Shown in pieces: positions 9,729 to 21,789 of a DNA stretch of 64,000 nucleotides. The stretch comes from an uncultured archaeon. Its GTDB lineage: Archaea; Thermoproteota; Bathyarchaeia; Bathyarchaeales; Bathycorpusculaceae. The notes under the pieces were generated by a model. That model saw nothing but the letters and a program-made list of their open reading frames with translations, was not told where the DNA came from and ran no database searches. A program made the translations under genes and the position numbers. Each line of letters begins with the position of its first letter. The stretch's first letter is position 1. Location of the stretch: assembly GCA_963782915.1 (NCBI GenBank), contig CAWALK010000024.1, positions 64,001-128,000 of the forward strand, read 5' to 3'.

Positions 9729-10926
9729 GCGGGTTTTTGCCGCCTCTTGGAAAACAGGAAAACAACAATCGAAAGTACCAGAAGCAAGCTAAGCGAGAAA
9801 AACAACCCCAGATACCTCAGGCTTGATGCGAAGATTACACCGCTAATTATCGGTCCCAACGTTTGACCCACATCCATCATTGTAGCTAAGAAACCCATCG
9901 AAGCCCCCACCAAAGTGCAAGGAACCAAATCGCACACTAAAGGCGAAGTGGAAGAGAGCACCGTTGCAAAAGCCGCGCCATACCCAACCGCTAAGAGCAG
10001 CAGCACTGGAAACTGGGTTGTAAAGGGAATTGCCCCCACCAATATGCAGCTGGCGGCGATGCCTGCGATGATGGGTTTAGTTCGCCCTATCCTGTCAGAG
10101 ACGCGCCCGATTAAGGGCCGAACGATAACGAACGCTACAATCTGGCTTCCAGTAATAACTCCGATGGAGAAGAGGTCCAATCCCACGACGTCGGTTAAGT
10201 AGCCGACTAGGAAGAATTCGACTGAACCGAACACGTAGTATTGGGTTGCTTGGACAAAACTGACGCCCATGATGCCTCTGTTGCGGATGAGGTAGAGCCA
10301 GCCTTCGAACATTTTCTTGGACGAATGAGGGGTAGGCGGTGTTTTGGTGAGGTTTCGTTTTTCAGCCAAAAACAGCAGCCCCACAACGAATGCGGTTACG
10401 CCAGCGACACCGACTGAGAGGTATAATGTGAAGAAACTTTGATTTGTGGCAAACAGTATGTAGCCGCCTAGAAACGGCGCTAATGCTCTTCCTACAGCGG
10501 TTGCCGAATTGAAAAGCGAGATGCGTTCGCCCCGTTTGGTAGGGTATAATTCTGCGATGGATGCTTCAGCTACAGGTATGAATATGGCTGTTGCGAAGCC
10601 ATGGAAAAAGCGAACCAGCGCAAGAGTCCACCAGGAATCCACACCCAAATAAAGGAATGGAGCACTGCGAAGATGGAGCCTGCGAGCAGTAGCACTTTGC
10701 GTCTGCCGATGTAGTCGGAGAGCGATGCAGCGGGTAAACTGATTAGTATGCCGGGGATGGTTGAAGCGGAAGCGACAATGCCTAAAAGTTCATTTGGGGT
10801 GCCTAAGCTGGTTGCGAAGGGTTTAAGCACGGGATTCTTCGACATGGTGGAGCTTAAGATTGCAAAGAAACCCATGATGCACATGATGGCAAAGAAGATT
10901 TTGTGGGTACGGGTAATCTTAAGCAA
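9725..10926 (-). CDS. MFS transporter (frameshift near 10660)
   Basis: Motif A LSDYIGRR and GRVSDRIGR; RFFHG; 12-TM pattern. Confidence 0.9.
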
Positions 10927-11052
10927 ACACTAAACCCCATAAGGATAGCTTCTGTGGGGAGATATTTTTTGTTTGCTATTTCCACAGGAAGAATGTTGTT
11001 TATTAAGAAAGAGCGCATTCCACTAGGAAGTCAACGTGTTGAAGGCGCCTAT

Positions 11053-11748
11053 TTGAGTAACACTCCAAAAATGACCCGCAAAGAATACATTAAATCCGCA
11101 GTTGCCATTGCCTTAATCGTTGCAGTTGTTTTAGGCTTCTTTGTTGGGTTACGGTTCGCCTTAAACGTTGAAGTGCCGGTTCGTGTGGTTGAAAGCGGCA
11201 GCATGTGCGTGCCCTACGGTTACTTATGTGATGGTTGGAGCCACACTTTTGCGCCAACCCTACATGTCGGCGACATAATAATCATCCAGGGCGTAAAAGC
11301 AGAAGATATTAACGCTAATTACCCAAACAGCGACATAATTGTTTACCAAAACCCAACCAACCCAACCGATACACCCATCGTGCACCGTGTGGTAGCGAAA
11401 TATCAAGTTGATGGCAAATGGTATTTCCAAACCAAAGGCGATGGCAACGGCGAAGACTGGCCAGCAAATGTCTCCGTTAACGAGTACGATTCAAACTCGA
11501 TTTGGCATACAGGCCAAGGCGTCCCAGAAGATTTGGTGTTGGGCAAAGTTGTTATGAGGGTTCCATTCTTTGGCCATATAACATTGTTTTTGCAGAAGAA
11601 TTCTTGGGGGTTGCCCGTGATTATTGCATTAATAATTTTGTTGCTATTGGTAGAATTTATTCTTCCGGTGATAAAGCCAAAAAAAGTTAAGCCCGCCGAA
11701 GAAGCGGGGGCTGGGGAAGTTCAGCAGTTTACATTAGTAAGCGGTTGA
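11053..11748 (+). CDS. Signal peptidase I (Sec11-type)
   Basis: VVESGSM (Ser), GDIII, IVHRV (His), TKGDGN; start codon uncertain. Confidence 0.88.
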   Translation: MSNTPKMTRKEYIKSAVAIALIVAVVLGFFVGLRFALNVEVPVRVVESGSMCVPYGYLCDGWSHTFAPTLHVGDIIIIQGVKAEDINANYPNSDIIVYQNPTNPTDTPIVHRVVAKYQVDGKWYFQTKGDGNGEDWPANVSVNEYDSNSIWHTGQGVPEDLVLGKVVMRVPFFGHITLFLQKNSWGLPVIIALIILLLLVEFILPVIKPKKVKPAEEAGAGEVQQFTLVSG

Positions 11749-12292
11749 CGAAGTCTTGGCAGTTTGCATCTACGCTGTTACCTGAAACTATCTTTACAAC
11801 TGCTGTGAGCATTACTGGGCTATCGCTGGAAGGGGTGCTACAGCTTGTTCAACAGCGGTTTGGTTGCTGTTATCGACTTGGACACTGCCGTATCCGAAGA
11901 CGCCGACTGTTGCGTTTGCGGGTGGGTTGAGGCCGTTTAGGTAACTTTGGATTGAGCTTGCGGGTTTGCCTGCATAGATGGGGCCTTTGACGACGATAAC
12001 CGCGTAGCCTGGGAGGTTTGCGGCAGTAGTGCTTTTTACCCCTGCTAAAGTAACATCATAGCCTTTGTCCTGGAGGTAATAGCCGATTTTGGTTGCTACA
12101 TCTTTTGCGCCTCCACTCAGGCCAGGGTCATAAACAACTATTGCTTTTTGGGTGGCTGAGCCGTTGGGTAAGGGATGGGTGTCTGTGGCGAAGGTTCCTG
12201 CGACATCAAACTTGATTAAGCTGAAGCTGGCGATGCCAACAATGATTAATATTGCCCAATATTGAGAGAATTATTTTGAAGATTTTTTGCAT
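11729..12292 (-). CDS. Membrane-anchored flavodoxin-like protein (several frameshifts)
   Basis: Hand translation: N-terminal hydrophobic helix, KAIVVYDPGLSGGAKDVATKI...YAVIVV.GPIYAG...VGVFGYGS. Confidence 0.6.
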
Positions 12293-12545
12293 TTTTGTTT
12301 TTTCTCCTTTTGGTTAGTGCTGGCTATTTCGGATTATCTGCATAAAAATCCTGCGCTTAAAAATTCTGGGACCTATTGCCCCATAATCTATCAATCGTTA
12401 GATATAATTATGCAAACCCAAGAAAATAAAAAAATTAAAAGAATTAACTCAATGCTGTAGTAGCCGTTAGAGGGAGAGAATTTTTGGGTGTGTGAGAGGT
12501 TAGAAGTGTCATAAAAATGGTGGTCCCCAAAATGGGGATTGGGTT

Positions 12546-15500
12546 TTATTGGGGTGTTTTGATTGGTTTATGTTTTCGTTTGCTAACGGCGATGGCTGCT
12601 ATGGCTATGGCGACTGCTATGACAGCAATTATGGCTGCGTACATTAGCAGTGGCGACTCTGAACCGGGGGTTTCTTCCGTTAAACCGTATCTCGATATTG
12701 TGCGTGCTGAAGTGCGTTGAATAATAGACATAGTAGTTTTCGCTGTCTTGTGTGTAGCTTTGGTTCTCTGCAGGTTGGCCATCGATGTATACGGTTATGG
12801 TTGTTCCATAAGGTATCTGGCTTTTTGGAAGAGTTATGTTGCCATATCCTGTGGTGCCGGTTTGGCTGTGACGGTAAGAAGACTGTGGTTGTTTGTGCTG
12901 TTTGGTTTGTGGTGATTGTTACATTGGTATATTGTGAGGTCGTTATGTTGCCGTTTACTGCTATGTTAACTGTGGAGCTGCCGTCTTTGTTGCTGAAATA
13001 GTATTTGTTGTTGTGGGTGCTGGCGTAGGCGTAACGGCTTCAGATACGGTTAGTACAGAACTTATGCCCGAGTGCCCGTTGCTGTCGGCTGCAGTTATCT
13101 TAAACGATCCCGCCTGAGTTATGGTGACTGTACCGAACCATTGTCCTTGTGTAAAGGCGCCGGAGGTTGATGGATTGAGGTTGGTTCCGTTTGCCGTCAG
13201 AGCAACCGTGCCTGTGAAGCCAGTCACAATGTTGCCTAAGGAGTCTAAGGCTACTACTCGGATGTTGAAGGGGTTGCCTACGGTCGCTGAATTAGGAACT
13301 AAAACAACAAAGCGAGCTACAGTACCTGGTGTAACTATCAAGATTACTGTATCTGTTTTGTGTTATAGGTAGACACTACGCTGTATGCGCCGGGAATTTC
13401 TCCAGTTAGGCTGGTGCCGCTGAAGGCTTGACCGTCGATAGTGTATGAGGCGCTGACGTTCCATGCGTTGCCGAATTCGTCATAGGCCGTCGTGGTGAAG
13501 TTGGCTGTGTCGCCCGCTGCAATGGTGGTGGCGTTGGCTGATACTGTTATGTGGTTGACGATGCTTGAGTGGGGGTTGATTGTGAAATTTGCTGTGGCAG
13601 AGTTAGTTACGCCCTGAGCAGATGCAGTAATGACTGGGTTGCCTGCAGAGAGGTCTTTGTAGAAAAAGGATGCAGTTGATGAACCCGCGGGAATAGTGAG
13701 GCTTGTTATCTGTTGAGTGCCCGCTGCGTCACTGTAGAACTTGCCCGAGACTAGAGTTGCTCGATAGGTTTACAATAGTGCCGGTGGTCAGGTTGCCAAA
13801 GAAGTCCGTGTATTGTACAGTTATACCTGGAGGATGTTTGGTTTACAACTAAAGTTTGGGTATTGCCTATGGGGAATGTGAGGTTGGAGGTGTAGCCTGA
13901 ACTGTAGGGGAGGTAATCATAGACTGTTCCGATGGATGAGTTGCTGAAGAGATCGAAGGGGGTGTCGATGAATCCGTCGTGGTTTGTGTCTATGCCTGTT
14001 TGGCTTGTGCCGTTGGGGTGTGCCCAGTAGTTGCCGCCAATCAAACTTCCGCTACTGTAGGCTCTGGTTCCAGCCTGTAAGGGCACATTAAAGATAAGTA
14101 TTGAACTGTTGAAGGGCAGGTTTAGACCGGAATTGTCTTCGATATAGCTGTATGGGTTAACGTAGTTGGTGTCGTTGACGAGGTTGTTGTAGAAGTACAG
14201 TTTTTCGTTGGTGTATGTGTTGGGTTCAAAACAGCATAGGAGCATTGTACTGTTGTTATCGGTGAACTGGTTGTTGTAGATAAGTTGAGTATAGTTAAAT
14301 TCTGGCTCTGAGACGCCCCAGAAGAAACCGTTGTAGTTGTTGAGGAAAATGTTGTTGCTTACATTACAGTCGACGTCGCCTAGGAAAAGTGCTGTGCCTT
14401 CCCAATCGGTGGAGTCTGGAGTTCCGGTGTTTTCGAAACAGTTGCCGCTTATCGTTTCGTTTGCGCTGTATATGTCCCAGAGTGCATATAGACTACAATT
14501 GTTAAACATTGAGTCTATGTATGTGCAGTTGCTGCAGTCTGCCATATCAATGCCTATGATGTTATTGTTGAAGCAGCATGTTGACAATTATTGCATTAAC
14601 GCAGCTCTCACCGCCGAGTCCTTCATCGTTTCCTTGGAAGTTACAGCCGGTAACACTATAGTTGTAGCAGCCCTGGCCAATATTCCATAGTTGGTACAGT
14701 CTGAAAAGTTGCTGTTTGTAATGGTGAAAGAGCTCTCAAGAGCCCTGATGCCATACCTTTCGCCTTGTATGTTAAAGTTTTCCAAAGTTAGATTTTCGCT
14801 GCGTGAAAGTATAATACCTGTTCCACTTGGCATATGCGGAGTAATGTCGGATTCGACCAGTGGAAGGATTAGGTTTTGGATCAGGTTATTTTGACCGTCA
14901 ACCGTGACGTTGTTGGCTTCTATGATTAAGGCGGTTCCTCTACCGGTGTATGGTGCGGTGATTCGGTAGTTGCCGGGCGAAGTAATTGCAGCAGGCAAAG
15001 TAATGTTGACCCAACTGTTTACGTCGAAGTTCAAACTGTAGGGGTGATAATCGTAGGCGGATCCAATTGATACATTGTTAAATAAGTTGAAGGCTGAATC
15101 AACGAAGCCATCTCTGTCTGCGTCTGTACCTATTTGGCTTAATCCTGTGCCGTCTGGAGTAGCCCAGAAGTTGCCGCCAATAATGGGGCCGCTGCTGCAG
15201 ATTCTTTCTCCAAGATGCTCTGTAGTGTTTAGGTTGAGGATATTACTGTTGATGGGCAGGTAATTGCCTGAATAAGTGGATGTTAAACAGGTTGGGTCAA
15301 CGAGGGCTGAGTCATTGACAAAATTGTTGTAGAAGTATAGTTTTTGGTTGGTGTTGCTGCTTGGAAGTTATAGTCAAGGAAAATTGTGTAGGTATTGTTT
15401 TGGAAAATGTTGTCGTTGGCGTTAAAGGTGTTGTTTGATGTTGGGTCGGTTACTTCCCATAATAATGCATCATAATTGCTGTCAAAGTTATTTCGGATAC

Positions 15501-16504
15501 TGTGCAGTTGCTGTCCGTTGCTTGAATTCCACCGTAAAAAGTGCCTGCCGCTAATCCGTTGTTTTTAATGTTGTTGTTATCAAAAGTGATACCATCCGAA
15601 AGGTAAGCAAGCCCTGCTTGAGAGTTATTTGCTATCTCGTTGTAGTCATAGTATCCCTCACTTTGATATGGAACTACTATGCCAAGGTCGCCGTTTCCAT
15701 CAATAATGCAATCCTCAACATACGAGTTATTTCCGTAACCAGTATAAACGCCCTCCATGCCGTTGTAGCTGCAGTTAGAGCTTACTAAGGCATAATTGCT
15801 GGATGCATAAACGCTAAAGCCATTCCACCCATTATAACTTAGGTCAACGCTATCGACGCGTAAAAGAGTCACAGTTCGTTGCATAGAAACCGTTGTCCTA
15901 CTGTGTTAGCAGATGCGTTGCATGAGTAAACCCCAAATTCGCTTGATGCGTTAGCCACGATACCGAACCAAAGGTTAGCTGATGCATTGCAGTTGACTAT
16001 TTGGAAACTGTTTGAGCAGTTTAAGTCTATGCCGTTGTAGCTCTTGGCTATGCTGCAATCTACAACTGTGAAGTCGGTGCAATTTGCAATGCTTAATCCA
16101 TCAACAAAGCCATTGGTTATGTTACAATTCTGTATAGTGAAGGTATTGCTGGAATTGACTTGCAAACCTATCTGGGCGCAGATCACGTTTAGGTTTTGTA
16201 AGGTTACGTTTGATTGGGAATCCATGTAAACGCCGAAGTCGCCGGTACTGTTTGTGGGCAAACTTATCGAGCAGTTTTGTCCATCAACCACGACGTTGCT
16301 GGCGCTAATGTTTAAGCCTACGCCGCTGCCTGACCAAGAGTCGCTTATTGCGTAGTTTCCGCTTTCTGTTATAGTGTAGGGCAACGTGATGGGTGTCCAT
16401 GTTGTTTCTGCCTTAGCAGGGGTGAATAAACCGCTTATGAATGAGATTGATAAGAGTAAAATTAATGTGTAAACTAGAATTTTTTTGGTTTTCATATTTT
16501 TCAT
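12546..16504 (-). CDS. Large secreted NosD/right-handed beta-helix protein with Ig-like domains and C-terminal TM anchor (many frameshifts)
   Basis: Signal peptide; ITLP..IT..GNY.I modules; Asn-rich N..GI coils; GGN(F/Y)WA.P.GT..D...DGF.D twice; TM + KRKHK tail. Confidence 0.8.
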
Positions 16505-17513
16505 CTTTAATGAACTTTATAGTTGTATGGAATTACCGCTTGTCTTTGTTGGTGGAACTATATAAAATATGAGCAGTTCAGATACTGATTATTGGTTACA
16601 AGCACTAACATCCAAGCGTTAAATCCATTTTGTATAGGGGCAAATGGGGATGCGGTGGGTTTCCGCCATAGTACACGAGGGTTTTGTTGTTTAGGTTTGG
16701 AAATAGGCTTTGTTAATGCCCAGCTTTATCGTGCTGTTCAGATAATCAAAAATCTGGGAATAGAAGTCATATTGAGATTCCTAATTAAAGAATCTTAGAG
16801 AAGAGTCCGACGTATGATTGCGGATAACGTCGCAACCAACCAGTGACCCTGCACATAGATAGGCGCCAAAACATACTTCACAGCCAGCCAAGCCCCCTGC
16901 AAGAAGGTGAGCTTAAGAGGGTCTGTGTGTTGCAACTGGCGCGTGGTTGTGGTTGTAACAACAGTTGTAACTTCTATAATTTCGATAACAATGTTTGAAG
17001 GTTTTTCTTTTTTGTTCTTTGTGGGGATGGGATGCGTAGGAGTTTTCCCATCCCATCTGGTGGGTTGTGGGGGCGGTTGGTTTTTTGGTTTGGGCTGTTT
17101 TTCTGTTTGCGTTGGGATGGGGTAAGAGGCTTTTTTTGTCCCATCCGCATGCATGGAGCTATGTTGGGTGGGATGGGATGAGGATGGGGAAGTATGTTGC
17201 GCGTTAGCTGTTTTTTGTGTGGGTGGCAAAAAAAACGCTACACTGCGATAGCTGTCTTTAGTGGAAAAGAGAAGCGCAAGTTTTGTTAGTAGTTGCAACT
17301 ATTGTGGGGGGCACAGTTGCAGCAGCAACAACAACAACTAACTTTCATCTTTTAATATGCAAGCAACCTACAACAAGACTTGGAGATAAGCAACTCTTAA
17401 AAGAAGACAATTGACCTGCATACATAGTGCTGTCTTCTTATTTTAGAAGAACAACAAACCGTTTTTCCAATTGGTGTTTTTCTTTAGAAAATAGAGAAAT
17501 TTGATCTACTGAT

Positions 17514-17587
17514 ATAGGGGAGGAGGTAGGTCGGCAGAGCAGCAAACGCTACCTCTATGTTGCTATTTACAGAGGGGGGTAGGTGCC
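17514..17587 (+). repeat. Dispersed G-rich repeat family B, copy 1
   Basis: ataggggaggaggtaggtcggcagagcagcaaacgctac resembles the reverse complement of 45452-45511. Confidence 0.6.
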
Positions 17588-17601
17588 TGCAAAGCAACAG
17601 A

Positions 17602-18946
17602 CTATCGCAGTTTCATCAGGACCATTTCAGCTGCCAAAACCATCGGCTCCCAAGTTTCGCACAGTGGCGGCGCATATGCGGTGTCTGCTTTGGCGAGTTC
17701 ACGCACAGTCATGCCTTTCTGGATAGCGAAGCTAGGCAGTTTATGCGTTGTGTTACTTCTTCGCCGCCTATGACTTGTCCGCCGATTATGCGTTGTGACT
17801 CTTTTTCGACGACTAGTTTGACTTTGATGGGTTTAGCGCCTGGGAAGTAATCGGCCTTGGTTTTGCTGGTGATTGCGCCGGTAACGACTTCGATGCGGTT
17901 TCGTTCGGCAGCGGTTTCGGTTAAGCCGGTGTTGCCTGCTTCAATCTCAAACAGCCGTGTAACAGCCGAAGCTAAAAGCCCATGAACAGTGAGTAGTCGC
18001 CGCCTGCGTTTGCCCCCGCAACTTTGCCCTGCCGAACCGCAATCGTGCCCAACTGTGCGCACATGGGTCGGTGGGTGATGATGTTTGGGGCTTCAGCACA
18101 GTCGCCCACAGCGTAAACGTCTTTCACGTCGGTTTCCATGCGTCCGTTAGTCTTAATTGCTCTTGTTTCGCCCAATGGGATGCCTGCTTCGGCTGCGAGT
18201 TTGGTGTTGGCGCGGACTCCAAATGCGCTGATGAATAGGTCGGCTTCGATTTTTTCTCCGCCCGCCATAACCCCGGTAACTTTGTCGGTCGCCGAGGAAT
18301 TCTTCAACGCCTTTGCTGATGAGGATCCGCATGCCTTTTTCTTCAAGGTGTTCCTGAACCAGTTTTGCCATGTCCGCATCAAGCAACTGCGGCAGAATCT
18401 GGGGCAACATTTCAACGACAGTAACTTTCAGGCCTTGCTCCATTAAGCCAACGCCCACTTCCAAGCCAATTAAGCCTGCGCCCATGATGACGGCGGATTT
18501 TGCGCCTGCTTTCACTGCAGCCTCGATTTTTTCGCCATCCTCTATGCCGCGTAGGCTCAGGATGCCCTGTTTTTCTTTTCCCTTAATCGGTGGCATAAAT
18601 GAATCTGCGCCAGTAGCAATCACGAGGCTGTCGTAGGGCATCGTTTCGGTTGCGCCTTCTTTGGTTTGGATCGTCACAGTTTTTTCTTTGGTGTTAATCG
18701 CGGTGGCTTTGGTTTCGTTCTTCAAGTTGAGCTTGAGCATCTGGAAGTACGCTGGAGGATAAACAATCAAGTCCTTGAAATTTGCGATTTGTCCGCCGAT
18801 AACAAAGGGTAAGCCGCAGCGCAGTAACCCGCGTTTTTTTCTTGGGTAATTAGGGTGATTTCTGCTGTGCGGTCTTTTTTGCGTGCTGCAGAGGCTGCTT
18901 CAACGCCGGCAGCGTTTGCGCCGATAACGATTACGCGTCTAGCCAT
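17602..18946 (-). CDS. FAD-dependent NADH oxidase / CoA-disulfide reductase family protein (several frameshifts)
   Basis: IG.NAAG, GY.RCGLPF single redox Cys, YDSLVIATG, GAGLIGLE, VYAVGDC, YFPGA.PI.VKL, IIGGQVIG, AYAPP. Confidence 0.88.
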
Positions 18947-18958
18947 CAAGTTCGCCTT

Positions 18959-19371
18959 CTATTTGCCTGGGTTGGCTTTGTGCCACTCCACGGCGGCTTA
19001 AAGTCCATGAGGTTGGCAAGTTCAGCTTGCAAATTTGCGGGTTTCACAACGAGCAGCCAGCCTTTGCCGTATGGGTCTTCGTTGAGGGTTTCGGGTTTGG
19101 ATTGGACTTCATCGTTGACTTCTTCGATTGTTCCGGTGACTGCGGCGATGAGGTCTGAGACGGCTTTCACGGATTCGAGTGTTCCGTATGGTTCGTTCTG
19201 TTTTACTTGTGCGCCTGCGCTTGGCAATTCGGCGTAAACGATTTCGCGCAGGGATTTCTGTGCGTAGTCGGTTATGCCCATGCGGACTTTGTCGCCTTCT
19301 ATTTTGATCCATTCAAAATCTTTGCTGTAGTAGAGGCCTTCTGGTACTTCGTATGCTTCAACTTTAACCAT
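18959..19371 (-). CDS. gcvH: Glycine cleavage system H protein (lipoyl carrier)
   Basis: YSKDFEW, GITDYAQ..L, ESVKAVSDL lipoyl-Lys, N.DPYG.GW; probable indel near the 3' end. Confidence 0.93.
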
Positions 19372-19451
19372 GTACTTGAACCTTCTAGTATTTCCTTGAA
19401 GAGACAAGTCGGGAAGGATATAAAAGGTTTACAAAAGGGAAAGAGATGGGT

Positions 19452-20538
19452 TTAGCGTTCCCGTTTGCCTGCTATCCAGTCTTCAGTCCATTGCCTGGCT
19501 TGGTTGTCTGGCACTTGCACGGGTGGATGCTTGAAGGCGTATGATGGCATGCTTAGGAGGGCGCCGGCTGATTTTGCGGTCTAAGGCGATTTTTGCTGCG
19601 CGGATGAGGTCGATGACTACTCCTGCGCTGTTGGGTGAGTCTTCGACTTCGAGTTTTGCGCTGATTATTATGGGTCGGTCGCCGAAAGCGCGGGTTTTGA
19701 GTGAAAGGTAACAGATTTTTTTGTTTTCCAGGAACGGTACGAAGTCGCTGGGTCCGATGCGGGTGGGCAATCGTATGGGACAAGGCTGGTGACGGCTTCG
19801 GTTTTGCTGATGCGTTTAGATTTGAGGCGGCCTTCGACGGTCATGTTCTGGAAGTCTGTGTCTCCGCCTAGGTTAAGTTGATAAGTTTCATCCACGATTG
19901 CTCCTCGGTCAAGGCAAAGCCTGACGAGAGTGCGGTGGAGGATGGTTGCGCCAACTTGGCTTTTGATGTCGTCGCCCAAAACTGGCAAGCCTGCTTTTTC
20001 GAATTTTTTGGGCCACTCTTTTGATTGCGTCGCTGCCGATGAATTCGGGCATGCAGTTCACAAACGCGCATCCTGCGTCTATGGCGCATTGCGCGTAGAA
20101 GCGGACTGCGTCGTGGCTGCCGACTGGGAGATAGTTTACTAGAACTTGGGTTTTGGCGTCTTTGAGGGTTTTGACGATGCTTTCTTTGGTGGTTTTGCTG
20201 TCGTCGTAGACGTTGAAGGTTTCCCGCATGTGTGGTGCGACGCCGTCAAGGATTGGTGGCGGGTGAAACTTTTACGCCTAGGTTGGGGACATCGGCGAAT
20301 TTTGCGCAGCAGTTGGGCTTAACCCAGATGGCTTCTGAGAGGTCTTTGCCGATTTTGTCTTTGTTAACTTCAAAAGCCGCGACGAAGTATATGTCCCGTA
20401 TGTGGTAGCCGCCGTAGTTGACGTGCATAAGTCCGGGAACGATGGTGTTTCTTTTGCGTCTTTATAGTATTGGGTTCCTTGGATGAGGGCTGATGCGCTG
20501 TTGCCAACGCCGACGAGTGCTACGCGGATTTCAGGCAT
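19452..20538 (-). CDS. ino1: myo-inositol-1-phosphate synthase (several frameshifts)
   Basis: [68 protein letters not shown]. Confidence 0.92.
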
Positions 20539-20640
20539 GAAACAGTAACCATCCAATGCTTTGATTATTGAGGCTTAATGTTTGCGTACTCTATAACTTT
20601 TTCTAAAGAAACGCTCCAGTTGGCTTTGGAATAGATTTCT

Positions 20641-20700
20641 GTTGCTTCGCCGCATCCTCCCCTCCTCTAAGGGTACGGACCTACTACTAGGTATTTTTTT
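20641..20700 (-). repeat. Dispersed repeat family B, degenerate copy
   Basis: gttgcttcgccgcatcctcccctcctcta resembles gttgctctgccaagaccctccctacccccta at 45480. Confidence 0.4.
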
Positions 20701-20975
20701 TGGCTATATATGGTTTTTATAGTTGTTGTTGCTGCAAAGCCCCTATACTCTACAACAACCCCAGGGGTTTTGATTATTTTCTAGGTAGAATATAATAGCA
20801 ACTGACATTACTTATTCAATCATCTATAACAGGTATTGCAAGCCGGCTGCGTTTTGGTTTCTGCCCGTTTGGGATGCTATGCGGGTTGGCCCGTGGAAGC
20901 AAATCACAAGCAGAACCGATTTTTTGTTTACAGATAAAATAATCCCCAGAGACAAAAAGCAATTAAAAAACTAAA

Positions 20976-21660
20976 TCAGCGCAGAATGACGCCACAACTC
21001 TTGATGAACTCGAGTACTTCAGGTGAAGGAATCAACAGCGAAATCGCAAGAAAATTTTGACTCCATCCGAACTTTTTTCGCCATTGCGCACCCTTGCCTG
21101 AAGCCCAACCACCTTGCCATCCACAGTAAAAAACGGGCACCCACTCGAACCCCCATACATCACCCGATCAACCTCATACCAAGAAATCAACCTACCCGAA
21201 ACCCCCTCAGTAATGTAAGCAGAGATAAACGCGCCTTGGAACCGCTCAGTAAAACCATAAGACACCCTGCCATTTTCAGAGGCGACGACGGAGAGCGGAA
21301 ACCCCAAACTACCACAACTTACCCCCGAAGCAACAATCTCCTCAGCAAGACTGGCACATTGCCCCGAGCATTCGCCTTCAATTTTCAACAGGGCAAGGTC
21401 CCTAACCGCATCCTCACGGACAAGACTCGCCGACACAGCGTTTTTCCCAATATCAGGCGACCGAATAACCTCAAAAGTCCGATGACGACCATTCGCCACC
21501 GCCCCGTCCAAATGCAGAATATGCGCATTAGTAACCACAAAACCAGGCGCCACCATAACCCCCGAACCCAAACAATGATTAGTAGACGCCCCAAAAACAT
21601 AGACCGAGCAATTATACCATACAACGCTTCCCTAACTTCAGCGGCAGCAGTACGAAACAT
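20976..21660 (-). CDS. Trypsin-like serine protease (frameshifts)
   Basis: GSG, VVTNAH, RDLALLK, LGFP, GSSGCP catalytic triad motifs. Confidence 0.8.
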
Positions 21661-21789
21661 AAACTAAATGTAGGCAGTTTGAGCGATTTGTGTCTTGCGG
21701 CTAAATAATTAATACCAAAAATAGCACCTACTTTCTTGTGTATGGCAAAATTAAAAGGGAACCACAACCACATTAGGGTTAACTAACAT

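Noticed and set aside
16795-17298. 167-aa minus-strand ORF as a real gene
   Set aside because: Low complexity, no recognisable domain, and explained by the GGATGG repeats and strand bias.
21023-21667. 214-aa plus-strand ORF
   Set aside because: Antisense shadow of the trypsin-like protease.
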